60,181 bases of DNA from a virus. Lineage: Duplodnaviria > Caudoviricetes. This document shows positions 20,215 to 29,343 of this stretch, piece after piece (position 1 is the stretch's first letter; every line of letters starts with the position of its first letter). The translations under genes and the position numbers were made by a program. Location: IMG/VR virus record IMGVR_UViG_3300042559_001222, positions 1 through 60,181 of that record, one strand, 5' to 3'. The notes beneath the pieces were generated by a model. The model was not told the DNA's origin. It made no database searches and saw only the letters and a program-made list of their open reading frames with translations.

Positions 20215-21543
20215 TTAGGCCACGAAGTTACCGCTATTCCCCTGCGGCAGCTTGGTTAGCTTGTAGTAACTACTGCGCAAAGGCGTAACTGTACCCGCGC
20301 TTGAGGTAAAGTTTATACGGATGTTCCCTGCATTAGTCGCGTGAGTCTCAATAATTGCACGAATAATAAAGGCATGATTAACCGCTGTAGTTAATGAAGC
20401 AGAAGCACCAAATGCGGCGGCGGTTGACGCAGAAGCGAATAAGCTAATTCGGTTAGCCGCGCCCGTAGCATTACCGCCCGCAGCCGCTCCATAATCCACC
20501 GTACCATTAATATTTAGCGGAGCTTGGGAAGAGGTTAGCGTTACCGTCACAGTACCCGCAGTGGTCTTGGTGAAATAACAGTATGCTTCAAGCGCGTAGT
20601 CAGCATTAGCCGCTACTGATATTGCACTATTTGCCCCAAAAAAATTGGCAATTCCAGCGCCAATTGCAGCACCATTGGCTGTCAGGCGGAATAGATTAGT
20701 CGCAGGAACATACCCACGAAGGCTTGTAGCATCGTTCGTGAAGCTCAGGTTATTACCATCAAACTCCATTGATCCGCCATCTGGCGTAGTCATTAGAGTG
20801 CCATTAATAAACTCAAGTGGTGCAACTGTCGCTGTTCCAGCGCCAATCTGGACAATAGCGGTATTGTCATTTACCGTTTTAATCCCTACGTTGCCGGAGG
20901 GGTTCATAGAGACGACATCAACGCCAGAGGTCCCTGCATCATTTAAAGTGCCAAAAAAAAGGGTGTTACTAGCGTTAAATATCCGCCAGTTTTTTGCGTC
21001 AGTTGCGCCAGATGTTTCCTGCAAAACAAATTCAGGGCTGGTTGACTGAGCAACAGTAAGTTTTCTAATTGGCGTAGTTGTGCCAATCCCCACTAGGCCA
21101 CTTGCATCAACCACAAACGGTGAACTATCAGGATTCGTGTCATCCTCAACTACAAGCGCATTGCCCGTGCCTAACTGAGTAATTCTTAAAGCTGCATCTG
21201 TGCTGTTTACTTCAATTACGTTGGTCTTGCCACTAGAAACCGAAGTCTCAGCAGGGTAAGTAACGAATACGTTCTTTGTTCCCGCAGAAAAAGGTACTAG
21301 CGATCCACTATTGCTGGATTCAAGAACGATGTCTCTGGAGAGCGTTGTCCCTGATGCGGTGTACGTGCCAATGCCAACTTCCCACTCCCCCGCTGAATCA
21401 AGCGTGATGGTATAAAACGTGGTGTTGCCATCACCGATGGCAGTGAATGATTGGAAGTTGGATACGGCACCATTGAGCGTAATGGTGCCCGTACCTGTGG
21501 TAGTGGAGGTTTCTCTTACTCTGTCTTTAACAACAAGTGGCAT
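20215..21543 (-). CDS. Tail fibre / tail spike protein
   Basis: KDRVRETSTTTGTGT...WEVGIGTY...KNVFVTYPA anchor domain; VGIGTTTP and GNVGI fibre repeats. Confidence 0.75.
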   Translation of the reverse strand: MPLVVKDRVRETSTTTGTGTITLNGAVSNFQSFTAIGDGNTTFYTITLDSAGEWEVGIGTYTASGTTLSRDIVLESSNSGSLVPFSAGTKNVFVTYPAETSVSSGKTNVIEVNSTDAALRITQLGTGNALVVEDDTNPDSSPFVVDASGLVGIGTTTPIRKLTVAQSTSPEFVLQETSGATDAKNWRIFNASNTLFFGTLNDAGTSGVDVVSMNPSGNVGIKTVNDNTAIVQIGAGTATVAPLEFINGTLMTTPDGGSMEFDGNNLSFTNDATSLRGYVPATNLFRLTANGAAIGAGIANFFGANSAISVAANADYALEAYCYFTKTTAGTVTVTLTSSQAPLNINGTVDYGAAAGGNATGAANRISLFASASTAAAFGASASLTTAVNHAFIIRAIIETHATNAGNIRINFTSSAGTVTPLRSSYYKLTKLPQGNSGNFVA

Positions 21544-21546
21544 GAT

Positions 21547-22392
21547 TTACACCGTATCTATCTTGTTCCAATTAGCCTCTGGGTCAGAATCAATGTTTGT
21601 CCAACCCGAGCCCCCTGATGTATCAATCCCTTGCCAGTTACCGGGCTCCTCAGTACCAATTAAACCCCAACCAGAGGCTGTATTACTGTTTAAGTTCTGC
21701 CAATTTGCCGTCTGTGCATCAGGGATTAACTCCCAAAGCAATCTAGCACTTTCCTCCGACTGTACCAACACCCCTTCTTGAACCAGTGCCGCAAAATCTA
21801 TTTGTGTTGAAAAGGAAGATAATGCGGAAACAAACTCCTGAACTATTACAGGAAAATCTACTTGCGCCAGTTCTTCAGATACTACTGAAATACTTTCACT
21901 GACTGATAGATCGGTTATAAATACCGCAGACGAGGAATCTGTTACCGATATTGATTCAGCTATGTAGTTAAGCAGATTTAGCCGAACGTCTTGTTCCTCT
22001 AACAGACTGATCGACTCGGCTATTTGCCCATCAAATATATAATCCGCAGAAACTGCTTCAACACCTGATACCGCCTCGCTCACAGCTACAACAAAATCAG
22101 TTTGCGCAGCATTTGCACCCAACAACAAAACCTGCTCTGCTATTGTCGTTACAAAATCTGCTTGTGCCGTGTTGGCATCTGCTGCAATCAACGATTCCGC
22201 TATATCGTTGAATATAACAAGCGATACGTCGGACAAATCCAGAAGGACAACTACTTCTGATACACTCGCCGCAAAACCAATTTGCACTGCCTGTGTACTA
22301 GCTCCGGCCAACGTCTCTGATACCGAAACGTCAAACGATACCCCCGGTACAGTAGAAAAGGGCTGTTCTGCAAAAGCTTCAAATCCGAACAT
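21547..22392 (-). CDS. Acidic repeat-containing tail protein
   Basis: MFGFEAFAEQPFS start, ~21-aa [IV][AS]E repeats, C-terminal W-spaced repeats. Confidence 0.6.
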   Translation of the reverse strand: MFGFEAFAEQPFSTVPGVSFDVSVSETLAGASTQAVQIGFAASVSEVVVLLDLSDVSLVIFNDIAESLIAADANTAQADFVTTIAEQVLLLGANAAQTDFVVAVSEAVSGVEAVSADYIFDGQIAESISLLEEQDVRLNLLNYIAESISVTDSSSAVFITDLSVSESISVVSEELAQVDFPVIVQEFVSALSSFSTQIDFAALVQEGVLVQSEESARLLWELIPDAQTANWQNLNSNTASGWGLIGTEEPGNWQGIDTSGGSGWTNIDSDPEANWNKIDTV

Positions 22393-22406
22393 ACACCCTC
22401 GCCTAT

Positions 22407-22583
22407 TTACGCAGTGGTGAGTTGTCCCTCATCAAACCACCGCTCTTGTTCCACACCGTTTATATCAACCCAAGAAATCAAGTACTGAATATTTCCACTT
22501 TCTTCCATGCGCATAGATTTAACAGGGCCCTCTGGGACAATAGCAATTACTTTCGCAATGTCCCCTTTTCTAAACATAGCCAT
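22407..22583 (-). CDS. Small hypothetical protein (58 aa)
   Basis: Manual translation MAMFRKGDIAKV...QERWFDEGQLTTA; GGAG RBS; fills the gap; below the ORF-track cutoff. Confidence 0.75.
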   Translation of the reverse strand: MAMFRKGDIAKVIAIVPEGPVKSMRMEESGNIQYLISWVDINGVEQERWFDEGQLTTA

Positions 22584-22594
22584 CTAACGTCTCC

Positions 22595-23170
22595 TTATGT
22601 AGCGTCCGCGCTGAATGTGTAAGTGACATTAACCGTGTCGCCTGAAGCCACAATCTTGTCGCCACCTGTGAAGTCTCCTTCGGAAAACAGAACTCCCGAA
22701 GTACCTGAGGCCACATTAGTCAAGAACGCGCCAGCGATTGTCCCACCCGCCCCTGAAATAGTGAACACTGAAGGCGCAGCAGAGTTGTTAATAACCGAAG
22801 GATCCGCCAAAGTTGCCGAACCAAACGTCACTGCTTTGCGATTACCTGAATAATCTGTGTATTCGGTCCAACCCCCATGAGAGGCTAATGTATCCGTTGG
22901 ATCGTAAGTCGTCCCCGATCCCGGGCCTGTCACCAGACCCAAATACCAAGCGGCGCTGTAGGTTACGCCTTTAAAGTATTTAGTATTTAGGTCCTGAAGG
23001 CCTTCGTTAACAACCAAATTGTGGAACGTTTCTTCCCACCGTAGATTGCCGTCTTTGTCAAAACAAGTAACTGTGAACACGCCACCAAGACCGGCACCTG
23101 CATCCATTTGCGAGGACTTGCCTACGCCAATCTGGACAGAGTCGCTGAATGAAGATTTTGCAATAGGCAT
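22595..23170 (-). CDS. Tail structural protein
   Basis: C.DKDGNLRWEE..HNLVVNEGL, WYLGL, SGDTVNVTYTF motifs. Confidence 0.65.
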   Translation of the reverse strand: MPIAKSSFSDSVQIGVGKSSQMDAGAGLGGVFTVTCFDKDGNLRWEETFHNLVVNEGLQDLNTKYFKGVTYSAAWYLGLVTGPGSGTTYDPTDTLASHGGWTEYTDYSGNRKAVTFGSATLADPSVINNSAAPSVFTISGAGGTIAGAFLTNVASGTSGVLFSEGDFTGGDKIVASGDTVNVTYTFSADAT

Positions 23171-23195
23171 ATCAACCTCTAAGAAATTAATTACT

Positions 23196-23615
23196 TTAAA
23201 CTAAACGTATCAATGCAAACGTTGGATTGCTTGTAGGCAAATCCAATGTAAATGTCGCATTTACGGCTGTTTGGTTAGTACCAAAGTTCAACACAAACAT
23301 TGATTTGTTGCTCTTACTGCTGTTGTATATCAATGCCCCAATAGCAGTAAAAGATGCACCCGACCACGAAGGGTTGTCAAAGCTCACATAAGCAATTCCA
23401 CTCCCTGAGTTTACGGTGACGTTTGTCAGTATTTCGCCCCCAGCCGTATACCCCGACCCACTCGTTTCCGATGCCGTTGTATAGACCGTTGTGTCAGGGC
23501 CTAGTGTCGCAGTATCGGTGTACAACGCAATTTTTAGTACATCCGTTTCTAGATCATGCTGACCTAAAAAAAGTTGCTCCTTAAAGCTTGTTGTCCATGT
23601 CTGAGTAATTGCCAT
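23196..23615 (-). CDS. Tail structural protein
   Basis: SFKEQL..G.H, KIALYT, GYTAGG, GALIYN motifs common in phage tail genes. Confidence 0.65.
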   Translation of the reverse strand: MAITQTWTTSFKEQLFLGQHDLETDVLKIALYTDTATLGPDTTVYTTASETSGSGYTAGGEILTNVTVNSGSGIAYVSFDNPSWSGASFTAIGALIYNSSKSNKSMFVLNFGTNQTAVNATFTLDLPTSNPTFALIRLV

Positions 23616-24274
23616 TATTTCACCGGATATTTGACCTGACCATCACGATACATATCACCGCGCTGCTTGCCGTCACCAAGCTGTTTCGCAAGCATCAATG
23701 CTTCTTTGTACTTGTTGTCGTACAGTGCCATTATGTCAGGCTCACCCTTCATAAAGGTATACGCCTCAACAAGGCTACCGTATAAGAGCACCGAATCAAA
23801 ATTATCACCTAACCACGAGGTAGAGGCCGTCACAATAGACTCAGGGTAATAGTAATAGTGCAGCTCTACATCATAGATAGCATCTGGAGTAGGGCCTAAA
23901 ATAAAGCTCAATTCCGTCGTTATATTCCCCGAATCTACTGTAGGTCCAAAAATGCCATAGTATTTTGGGACCCCTGATGTATTTGGGTTTGGGTAGACCT
24001 CTCGGATAAAATTGACATCCTTATTTGTCAGATAAACATATTCACCATTCGCTTTTATGACGGCAAGCGAATAAACAGACAAGAAGTCTAAAGGCGCGGA
24101 TAGGTAGTGGTTCCCCGAAGTTGTCACGCCTTCTACGTTTTTCCTTAGGTTGGCAAACTGAATTGAATTGTAAATACGCTGCTCTGCTTGCTTCACAAAA
24201 GTGGCAAGCTCCGTCGCAGTAAAATCGTTCTGCGTGTAGTTTTCAATTGCTTCAGTTAGCTGTGCATAGTTCAT
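23615..24274 (-). CDS. Head-tail adaptor / tail tubular protein A-like
   Basis: MNYAQL...FVKQAEQRI, PKYY, GPTPD, LLYGSLVEAY.FMKG motifs. Confidence 0.7.
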   Translation of the reverse strand: MNYAQLTEAIENYTQNDFTATELATFVKQAEQRIYNSIQFANLRKNVEGVTTSGNHYLSAPLDFLSVYSLAVIKANGEYVYLTNKDVNFIREVYPNPNTSGVPKYYGIFGPTVDSGNITTELSFILGPTPDAIYDVELHYYYYPESIVTASTSWLGDNFDSVLLYGSLVEAYTFMKGEPDIMALYDNKYKEALMLAKQLGDGKQRGDMYRDGQVKYPVK

Positions 24275-24603
24275 GTGATCGATACCGTTACGTTAGCCAG
24301 CATTCCTCGTGCACTGAGCGTTCTTGCTACCTCAGCGGGTTGCATCCCAACACTAGCGATTGTTGAATCCCCGCCGTTCCACAACGAAATTAATACAGTT
24401 TGGACACCATCTGGACGCGGATCATAAACTGCAATTGGCTCATTTATCCCGCGTTTAGGCTCAAGTTGTGGGTGCTTGGGTTCGTAGCACTCCTGACACA
24501 CCTTAAATCCCGTCCACTCCTTCTTCAATTCCTTCAGGTAATACTGCTGGCCACACCTATCACAGATGGCTTGCGAAGCTTTTCCAACTGCATACCCAGC
24601 CAT
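24271..24603 (-). CDS. Hypothetical protein with two CxxC motifs
   Basis: CDRCG...CQEC, PKHPQL. Confidence 0.75.
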   Translation of the reverse strand: MAGYAVGKASQAICDRCGQQYYLKELKKEWTGFKVCQECYEPKHPQLEPKRGINEPIAVYDPRPDGVQTVLISLWNGGDSTIASVGMQPAEVARTLSARGMLANVTVSIT

Positions 24604-24604
24604 A

Positions 24605-25276
24605 TTAATACCCCAAATCAGGCGTCAAATACACGCTTGCAATATCTCTGTCCTCTTGTGCTGCCCGCTGAAACTCTTCCTCATACAACTGCTTTAGCAT
24701 GACTGTACGCTCTGGCGCTTTTTTGAGCGATAGATGATAGGCAAGTCCCGCGGCGAGACAAGGAAGAAATCGAAACACTACATCCGAAGTATTTGTATAC
24801 GACCCTACGTCCTCTATGCGGCGCACAGCGTAGTAACGGAAGATGTACGTTTCTGTGTTGTCCGGAGCCGGATAGACAAATAACTTAGGGGAAGTAGTAC
24901 GCTGCACATAGTACTGAGCAGGACGCGCTTGTGTGTTTTTATCGGGGAGATGCAGGTATTCGTTTTGGCTGATACGATCAATCGTAATATCCTGCTGCGT
25001 CTGTCCCGAACCCGTACGAATAACCGCAGAAAGCACATTGACCGTATCTGATGGAAGCGTGTATTCAGCTTGACCATAGACCATGGTGGTCTGACGCTGT
25101 TCAATCGTCCAGAGATTAAGGCCACGATTAGCCCATTCAAGAAACAACAAGTTCAAAGACCGTCTTGCGGTCTTCATGTCATAGCCATCGCGGTTTTCAA
25201 GACCGCAACGCTCATATGCCTCTTCAATCAGGTCATCAAACTCTAAATTGAAGGTTGTTGTTCCAGAGGTTGCCAT
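24605..25276 (-). CDS. Head-to-tail connector protein
   Basis: MATSGTTTF, IEEAYERCG, ARRSLNLL..EWANRGLNLWT, RFLPCL.AGLAY. Confidence 0.7.
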   Translation of the reverse strand: MATSGTTTFNLEFDDLIEEAYERCGLENRDGYDMKTARRSLNLLFLEWANRGLNLWTIEQRQTTMVYGQAEYTLPSDTVNVLSAVIRTGSGQTQQDITIDRISQNEYLHLPDKNTQARPAQYYVQRTTSPKLFVYPAPDNTETYIFRYYAVRRIEDVGSYTNTSDVVFRFLPCLAAGLAYHLSLKKAPERTVMLKQLYEEEFQRAAQEDRDIASVYLTPDLGY

Positions 25277-25612
25277 TTAGCACCCTTTTCCCTTTTTAGC
25301 CATGCCACCGGAAGCGTAACGTGTACCCTTTGAGCCCCCAAATTTATTTTGGTTCAATCCTGCTTTACCGCTGTGCTTGACGTTTGGTGTCTTGACTTCT
25401 TTGATCATCTTGCCGATATCGGGATCACGGCGGCTTGGCGTAACTGCATCGCCCACACGATTGACCGTTCCACCTTTTTGAAACTCCATACCCTTACTGG
25501 TACGGCTAAACTTCTTTGCCACCTTAGTTGGAATGCCAACTTTTTTCGCAAAAGCCGGGTTATGCGCTGCCGCATCCATCAATTTCTTTTGTTTGGCGCT
25601 TTTAGCTGGCAT
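25277..25612 (-). CDS. Small basic protein with FQKGG/YASGG motifs
   Basis: MPAKSAKQKKLM.AAAHNPAFAKKVGIP. Confidence 0.75.
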   Translation of the reverse strand: MPAKSAKQKKLMDAAAHNPAFAKKVGIPTKVAKKFSRTSKGMEFQKGGTVNRVGDAVTPSRRDPDIGKMIKEVKTPNVKHSGKAGLNQNKFGGSKGTRYASGGMAKKGKGC

Positions 25613-25844
25613 TTTTTGTCTCCATCAAGCGATCAATTTTTGCATCCAAACGATCTAATCGATCCAGAACACGATTAATATCGGCATGAACCTCTGCTTT
25701 TGTCACATATTCCTTGGCGATTTCCTCCCGCGTACGATTCAACAGGATTTGAATACGCTGAAGTTCTGCCGATTTTTCGTGCATTATCCATCCGCATACC
25801 GCAACTAGTATGGATAAAAGCGCGTTCCACAGTACCATTTCCAT
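25602..25844 (-). CDS. Small membrane-anchored coiled-coil protein
   Basis: N-terminal TM, TREEIAKEYVTK...RLDAKIDRL. Confidence 0.7.
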   Translation of the reverse strand: MEMVLWNALLSILVAVCGWIMHEKSAELQRIQILLNRTREEIAKEYVTKAEVHADINRVLDRLDRLDAKIDRLMETKNAS

Positions 25845-26132
25845 TTAGCATTTCCACCGTTTTCTGGCCTGTCGCAACCGACTATCTGGATCTGCCGCTG
25901 CTTTCGGGAATTTCTTCATCTGCCCCTCACTGCGGGCGCAATATGACTTACGGCGTTCAGCACGTTTCCCTGAAGGATTGTCCTCAGTGACCGCAGTTTG
26001 TAGCTTACTGCCGGGGTTCGCCCGGCGATACGCCGCTACGCCCTGCTTGGTCATACCTGCCCCGGTCTTTGTCGAGCGAAAATTACCCGACTTGACCGAG
26101 GTAGCTATCGGCTTTTCCTTACGGGAGGCCAT
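25845..26132 (-). CDS. Small basic conserved phage protein
   Basis: GMTKQGVAAYRRANPGSKL, RRKSYCARS, RQARKRWKC. Confidence 0.8.
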   Translation of the reverse strand: MASRKEKPIATSVKSGNFRSTKTGAGMTKQGVAAYRRANPGSKLQTAVTEDNPSGKRAERRKSYCARSEGQMKKFPKAAADPDSRLRQARKRWKC

Positions 26133-26135
26133 GAC

Positions 26136-26420
26136 TTAGCAAATGCGAGTCTTCTTGCCACGTGCTGCGCCATTGCCACGGGAGTCAACCATGCCGCCCT
26201 TGGAATAGCCCATTGCCATTTTCTTACGTGGGCTGACGTTGCCAACTGCACCACCTTTGGCGTAACCCATCATGCCGCCACCCATCTTCGACATAGGCAT
26301 GGAATCCATGCTGTACATATCGTCGCCAGCCATGCCTTTTTTGGTGGACTTGGCCATTTTCATGCCTTTATCCATCGACATGCCTGATTTCTTACGCTTT
26401 TTGTTCATCTTCATCATCAT
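26136..26420 (-). CDS. Met/Lys/Gly-rich small basic protein with YAKGG/YSKGG motifs
   Basis: 94 aa low-complexity; ends RGNGAARGKKTRIC. Confidence 0.75.
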   Translation of the reverse strand: MMMKMNKKRKKSGMSMDKGMKMAKSTKKGMAGDDMYSMDSMPMSKMGGGMMGYAKGGAVGNVSPRKKMAMGYSKGGMVDSRGNGAARGKKTRIC

Positions 26421-26431
26421 GATTCGGCTCC

Positions 26432-26713
26432 TTATGCCCAGAAGAATGTGGCAGAAATAACATCCGTTAAATCTGCATAAGCCCCGCTTTTAAACAAAAT
26501 ACCATCCTCTGGCAGTGACATATAAATGGCACTGCTATTGGCAGGAACGTCGATTTTGTACAAGACGGTACCACCACTGCCACCGTCTTTAATTACAACT
26601 TCGCCCACACCTGCATCCGGGGACACATATATGGCCTTGACACGAGTTCGGCCAGTAAAAATGTTCCCGTCAGCATCTAGATAGGTACTTTGTATATCGC
26701 TCATGTATCCCAT
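26432..26713 (-). CDS. Small beta-rich virion protein (putative)
   Basis: 93 aa, RVKAIY...LPEDGILF. Confidence 0.7.
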   Translation of the reverse strand: MGYMSDIQSTYLDADGNIFTGRTRVKAIYVSPDAGVGEVVIKDGGSGGTVLYKIDVPANSSAIYMSLPEDGILFKSGAYADLTDVISATFFWA

Positions 26714-26726
26714 GGCGACCTCCTAA

Positions 26727-27164
26727 TTAGGTAGCAGAGAACAGAATCGATGCAGCCAATGTGCAGAATGCGTAAGCAAACCAGCTTGTGCCGTCACTGA
26801 TCAGTTCTACACGATCACCCGCAACAGAGGAACTTGCCACAAAGGTAATAGTGTCATCGCCCGTGCCTGTATCACCCGCAGCGCCCTCAGAATTGTATTG
26901 CTGGCCTTTAATAATGTTCGCGCCACCATTTGTGACTACTGTGTAGGCAGTGCCAACTGGAGCGGCTTTTACGATAAACGTAAAGCGAAGACCAGCTGCT
27001 GGCAATGGAAGCGTTGTAGCAAACTCAGTTGCCGAGTTCAGGAAGATTGTCTTTCCGCTATCTGCGGCAGTCAAAGTGCTTGCAGCAGTGGTAGTAGATA
27101 CAGCGATAGGGCCCAGAAAGCCATTTTCAGAGATTACTGGACCGGAAAAGGTAGTATTTGCCAT
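26727..27164 (-). CDS. Capsid-associated / head fibre protein (putative)
   Basis: MANTTFSGPV.SENGF start, TLP.PAAGL.FTF; first gene after the major capsid. Confidence 0.6.
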   Translation of the reverse strand: MANTTFSGPVISENGFLGPIAVSTTTAASTLTAADSGKTIFLNSATEFATTLPLPAAGLRFTFIVKAAPVGTAYTVVTNGGANIIKGQQYNSEGAAGDTGTGDDTITFVASSSVAGDRVELISDGTSWFAYAFCTLAASILFSAT

Positions 27165-27174
27165 GAAGATATCC

Positions 27175-27248
27175 TCACATGCGAGTTAAAGCATATCTGT
27201 CTGCATGTCGTCAGCCGGGTCTGTCAGATATGCCGGAAAAGTCCCGGA
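27175..27248 (-). ncRNA. Structured element downstream of the gpT-like capsid gene (possible Mu-gpT-DE RNA motif)
   Basis: 9-bp stem gcatatctg/cagatatgc (27191-27199/27225-27233) plus flanking small hairpins; position fits that motif, no covariance search run. Confidence 0.45.
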
Positions 27249-27278
27249 ATACGTTGAATATACACTATTGACAGCAAA

Positions 27279-27306
27279 AGAAAAGGGGCCCGAAGGCCCC
27301 TTTTCT
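27279..27306 (-). terminator. Rho-independent terminator after major capsid gene
   Basis: agaaaaggggcc-cgaa-ggccccttttct hairpin with T-tracts on both strands. Confidence 0.85.
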
Positions 27307-27317
27307 CGTTTCCCCCA

Positions 27318-28241
27318 TTAAGCTGGGGTGTAGCCTTCCGAACCCCAAATTGCACGGGGATCTGACCAGCCGAACGAATAACGCTCACGGGCCTTGTAAC
27401 GAACGTTACCAGTATCAAAATCGCCTTCGAAGGCAGTCTTGATTGCGGAACGCTGGAACATCTTCATGCCGTTAGGTGCATCGGTCATCAGGAACCATGC
27501 ATCTGGATCGGTCAGGAAGTGGTTGACGAAGTAACCTTCGGGAACCATGCCCATCGACTTGATGGCGTTGATGTCGTTGTCTGCTGTTCCGGTACGCAGG
27601 GTCGATTTCATCAGGCGCTCTGCGGTAAATTGCAGTTCCTTAGGAATGATCATGCGGCGAACGGTCAGAGCGACCTTCAAACCACGTTCGTCGGTGAAAC
27701 CGGCGACATCGATGATGCCCTGTTCCAGCGAAGTTTCGTTCAGGTCAGCTGCCGTTGTAGGCACGTTGCTAAACGATGGGCCAAGAGCGGTTGGGTGTGC
27801 GCTGTTGCACAGCGACACACCGTCACCACCGTTGTAAGGGCCAGTTGTGTTGAACGCGTTGTTCAACACAGAAGCTGCCTTAACTTGCTTGGTGTAGGAC
27901 ATCGAACGAGCCAGAGCCTTGGTATAACGGCCAGACAGACGGTCATAGAGGTTGTCCTCGATGGCCTCTTCGGTCAGGGCGAATGCCAGAGCGACGGTTT
28001 CGTGGGTGTAACGAGCAGTGAACGATTCCTGTGCGGAGTCGTAGTTCACGCCAGCGCCTTCGTTCTTCGTTGGGGCTTCGTCGAAGCCGGTCAGCATGAC
28101 CTCTTCTTCAAATGCACGGTCCGAAGATTCAACGGAGAAGATTGCAGTGTGCTCGTTTTCGTAGCGGTTGTATTCCATGCCGAACAGAGCGTTCAGGCCG
28201 GGCTCCAGCTCTTTGACGAGTTGCGAACGAGAAATAGCCAT
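27318..28241 (-). CDS. Major capsid protein (Mu gpT-like HK97 fold)
   Basis: MAISRSQLVKELEPGLNALFG, ARYTHETVALAF, YKARERYSFGWSDPR; followed by a strong terminator. Confidence 0.9.
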   Translation of the reverse strand: MAISRSQLVKELEPGLNALFGMEYNRYENEHTAIFSVESSDRAFEEEVMLTGFDEAPTKNEGAGVNYDSAQESFTARYTHETVALAFALTEEAIEDNLYDRLSGRYTKALARSMSYTKQVKAASVLNNAFNTTGPYNGGDGVSLCNSAHPTALGPSFSNVPTTAADLNETSLEQGIIDVAGFTDERGLKVALTVRRMIIPKELQFTAERLMKSTLRTGTADNDINAIKSMGMVPEGYFVNHFLTDPDAWFLMTDAPNGMKMFQRSAIKTAFEGDFDTGNVRYKARERYSFGWSDPRAIWGSEGYTPA

Positions 28242-28254
28242 GACTTAGCTCCTA

Positions 28255-28842
28255 TTAGACCGGTGCTGTATTAGCAACGCCAGCGCTGCCATACAGGTGT
28301 GCGTTAATCTTCACAACAACATCGACGTAGTTCTGGCCGAGTGTGTTGTTCGGGGCGGTGTAGTTACCCACAATCTTCAGCACAAGACCGGCGACATTGT
28401 CAATGGTGGACGAATCCAACTCAGTGCCAGATACGCCTGTGATGTTGCTGCCCGCGGTATACGCAATATTGGCATTTTTACCAATATCCGCCTGAACGAC
28501 ATCTTCATCCGCTTGGATCAGGAACAACTGGTTGGGATCATCGATCACATCAGCCGTAATAGCACCAGTGGTGATGTTGACCGAACCGGGGTAGTAGTTA
28601 CTCCAAGTGGGCTTGCCCGATGTTGGGTCAACGTAGAAGCAACCATTGAACACACCAACTGCTACGGTATGCAGGGTCGAATCGTATTTGACAATGTAAC
28701 CACCAGAAAGAGTGACGAGGTCACCCTGATAGATAGCGCCGGATTGGTTGTCCGCAATGTTGTAGCCATACTGCTTCTGTGCACCAGTAGCAGAGAGGTT
28801 ACCCAGAGGGCGCAGACCAAAGGCTTTATCAACGTTTGCCAT
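28255..28842 (-). CDS. Capsid decoration / cement protein (putative)
   Basis: MANVDKAFGLRP, IYQGDLV, V.DDP...F.IQAD; immediately upstream of the capsid gene. Confidence 0.65.
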   Translation of the reverse strand: MANVDKAFGLRPLGNLSATGAQKQYGYNIADNQSGAIYQGDLVTLSGGYIVKYDSTLHTVAVGVFNGCFYVDPTSGKPTWSNYYPGSVNITTGAITADVIDDPNQLFLIQADEDVVQADIGKNANIAYTAGSNITGVSGTELDSSTIDNVAGLVLKIVGNYTAPNNTLGQNYVDVVVKINAHLYGSAGVANTAPV

Positions 28843-28869
28843 TTGTATCTCCTAAAGGGTTATGTAGTC

Positions 28870-29340
28870 TTAACGACTACCGAAAGTAGTGCGAGAACTC
28901 CGTTCGGGGTTCTGGATACGCATTGTCGAGTGTGCGTTTTCACGCATCAACTCGTTGTCTACTGCACTGATCTGCTCTCGTGCCTTCCGGTTGTAGTGAG
29001 CATTACGTTCGGCAAGAGTCTCATTAGGAATACGCGCCAAAAGCAAGCCACCGACAGAAATCACGCCCGCATGTTTACCATCTTCGATGGTAGGTAGCGT
29101 ATCGCGATATTCTTCGGGCAGTTCTTCATTGCGGACCAGTTCATAGCCCTCACGAAGTCTGCCAAAAACGTGCTGTTTGTCGTCGAACCCATTGATCTCT
29201 GCACGAATCCAGCGATGCTGGAAACCGGCAGGTGCTGGAGGGGCATCCAAACGCGAAGGAGGTGCCCAAGGCTTGCGACGCGCTTCTTTCTCACGGGTTG
29301 CGCGAGGGGCGCGGTCGATAGTAAGTTTATCTTGGCTCAT
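28870..29340 (-). CDS. Conserved head-module protein
   Basis: WAPPSRLDAPPAP.GF.HRWIR, LREGYELV, GGLLLARIP. Confidence 0.75.
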   Translation of the reverse strand: MSQDKLTIDRAPRATREKEARRKPWAPPSRLDAPPAPAGFQHRWIRAEINGFDDKQHVFGRLREGYELVRNEELPEEYRDTLPTIEDGKHAGVISVGGLLLARIPNETLAERNAHYNRKAREQISAVDNELMRENAHSTMRIQNPERSSRTTFGSR

Positions 29341-29343
29341 TTA

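Noticed and set aside
27519-29097. Long plus-strand ORFs opposite the capsid genes (also 36647-37687, 37548-38369, 56816-57484 and minus-strand 57740-58753)
   Set aside because: Antisense to well-supported genes, with no recognisable motifs; explained by codon bias.
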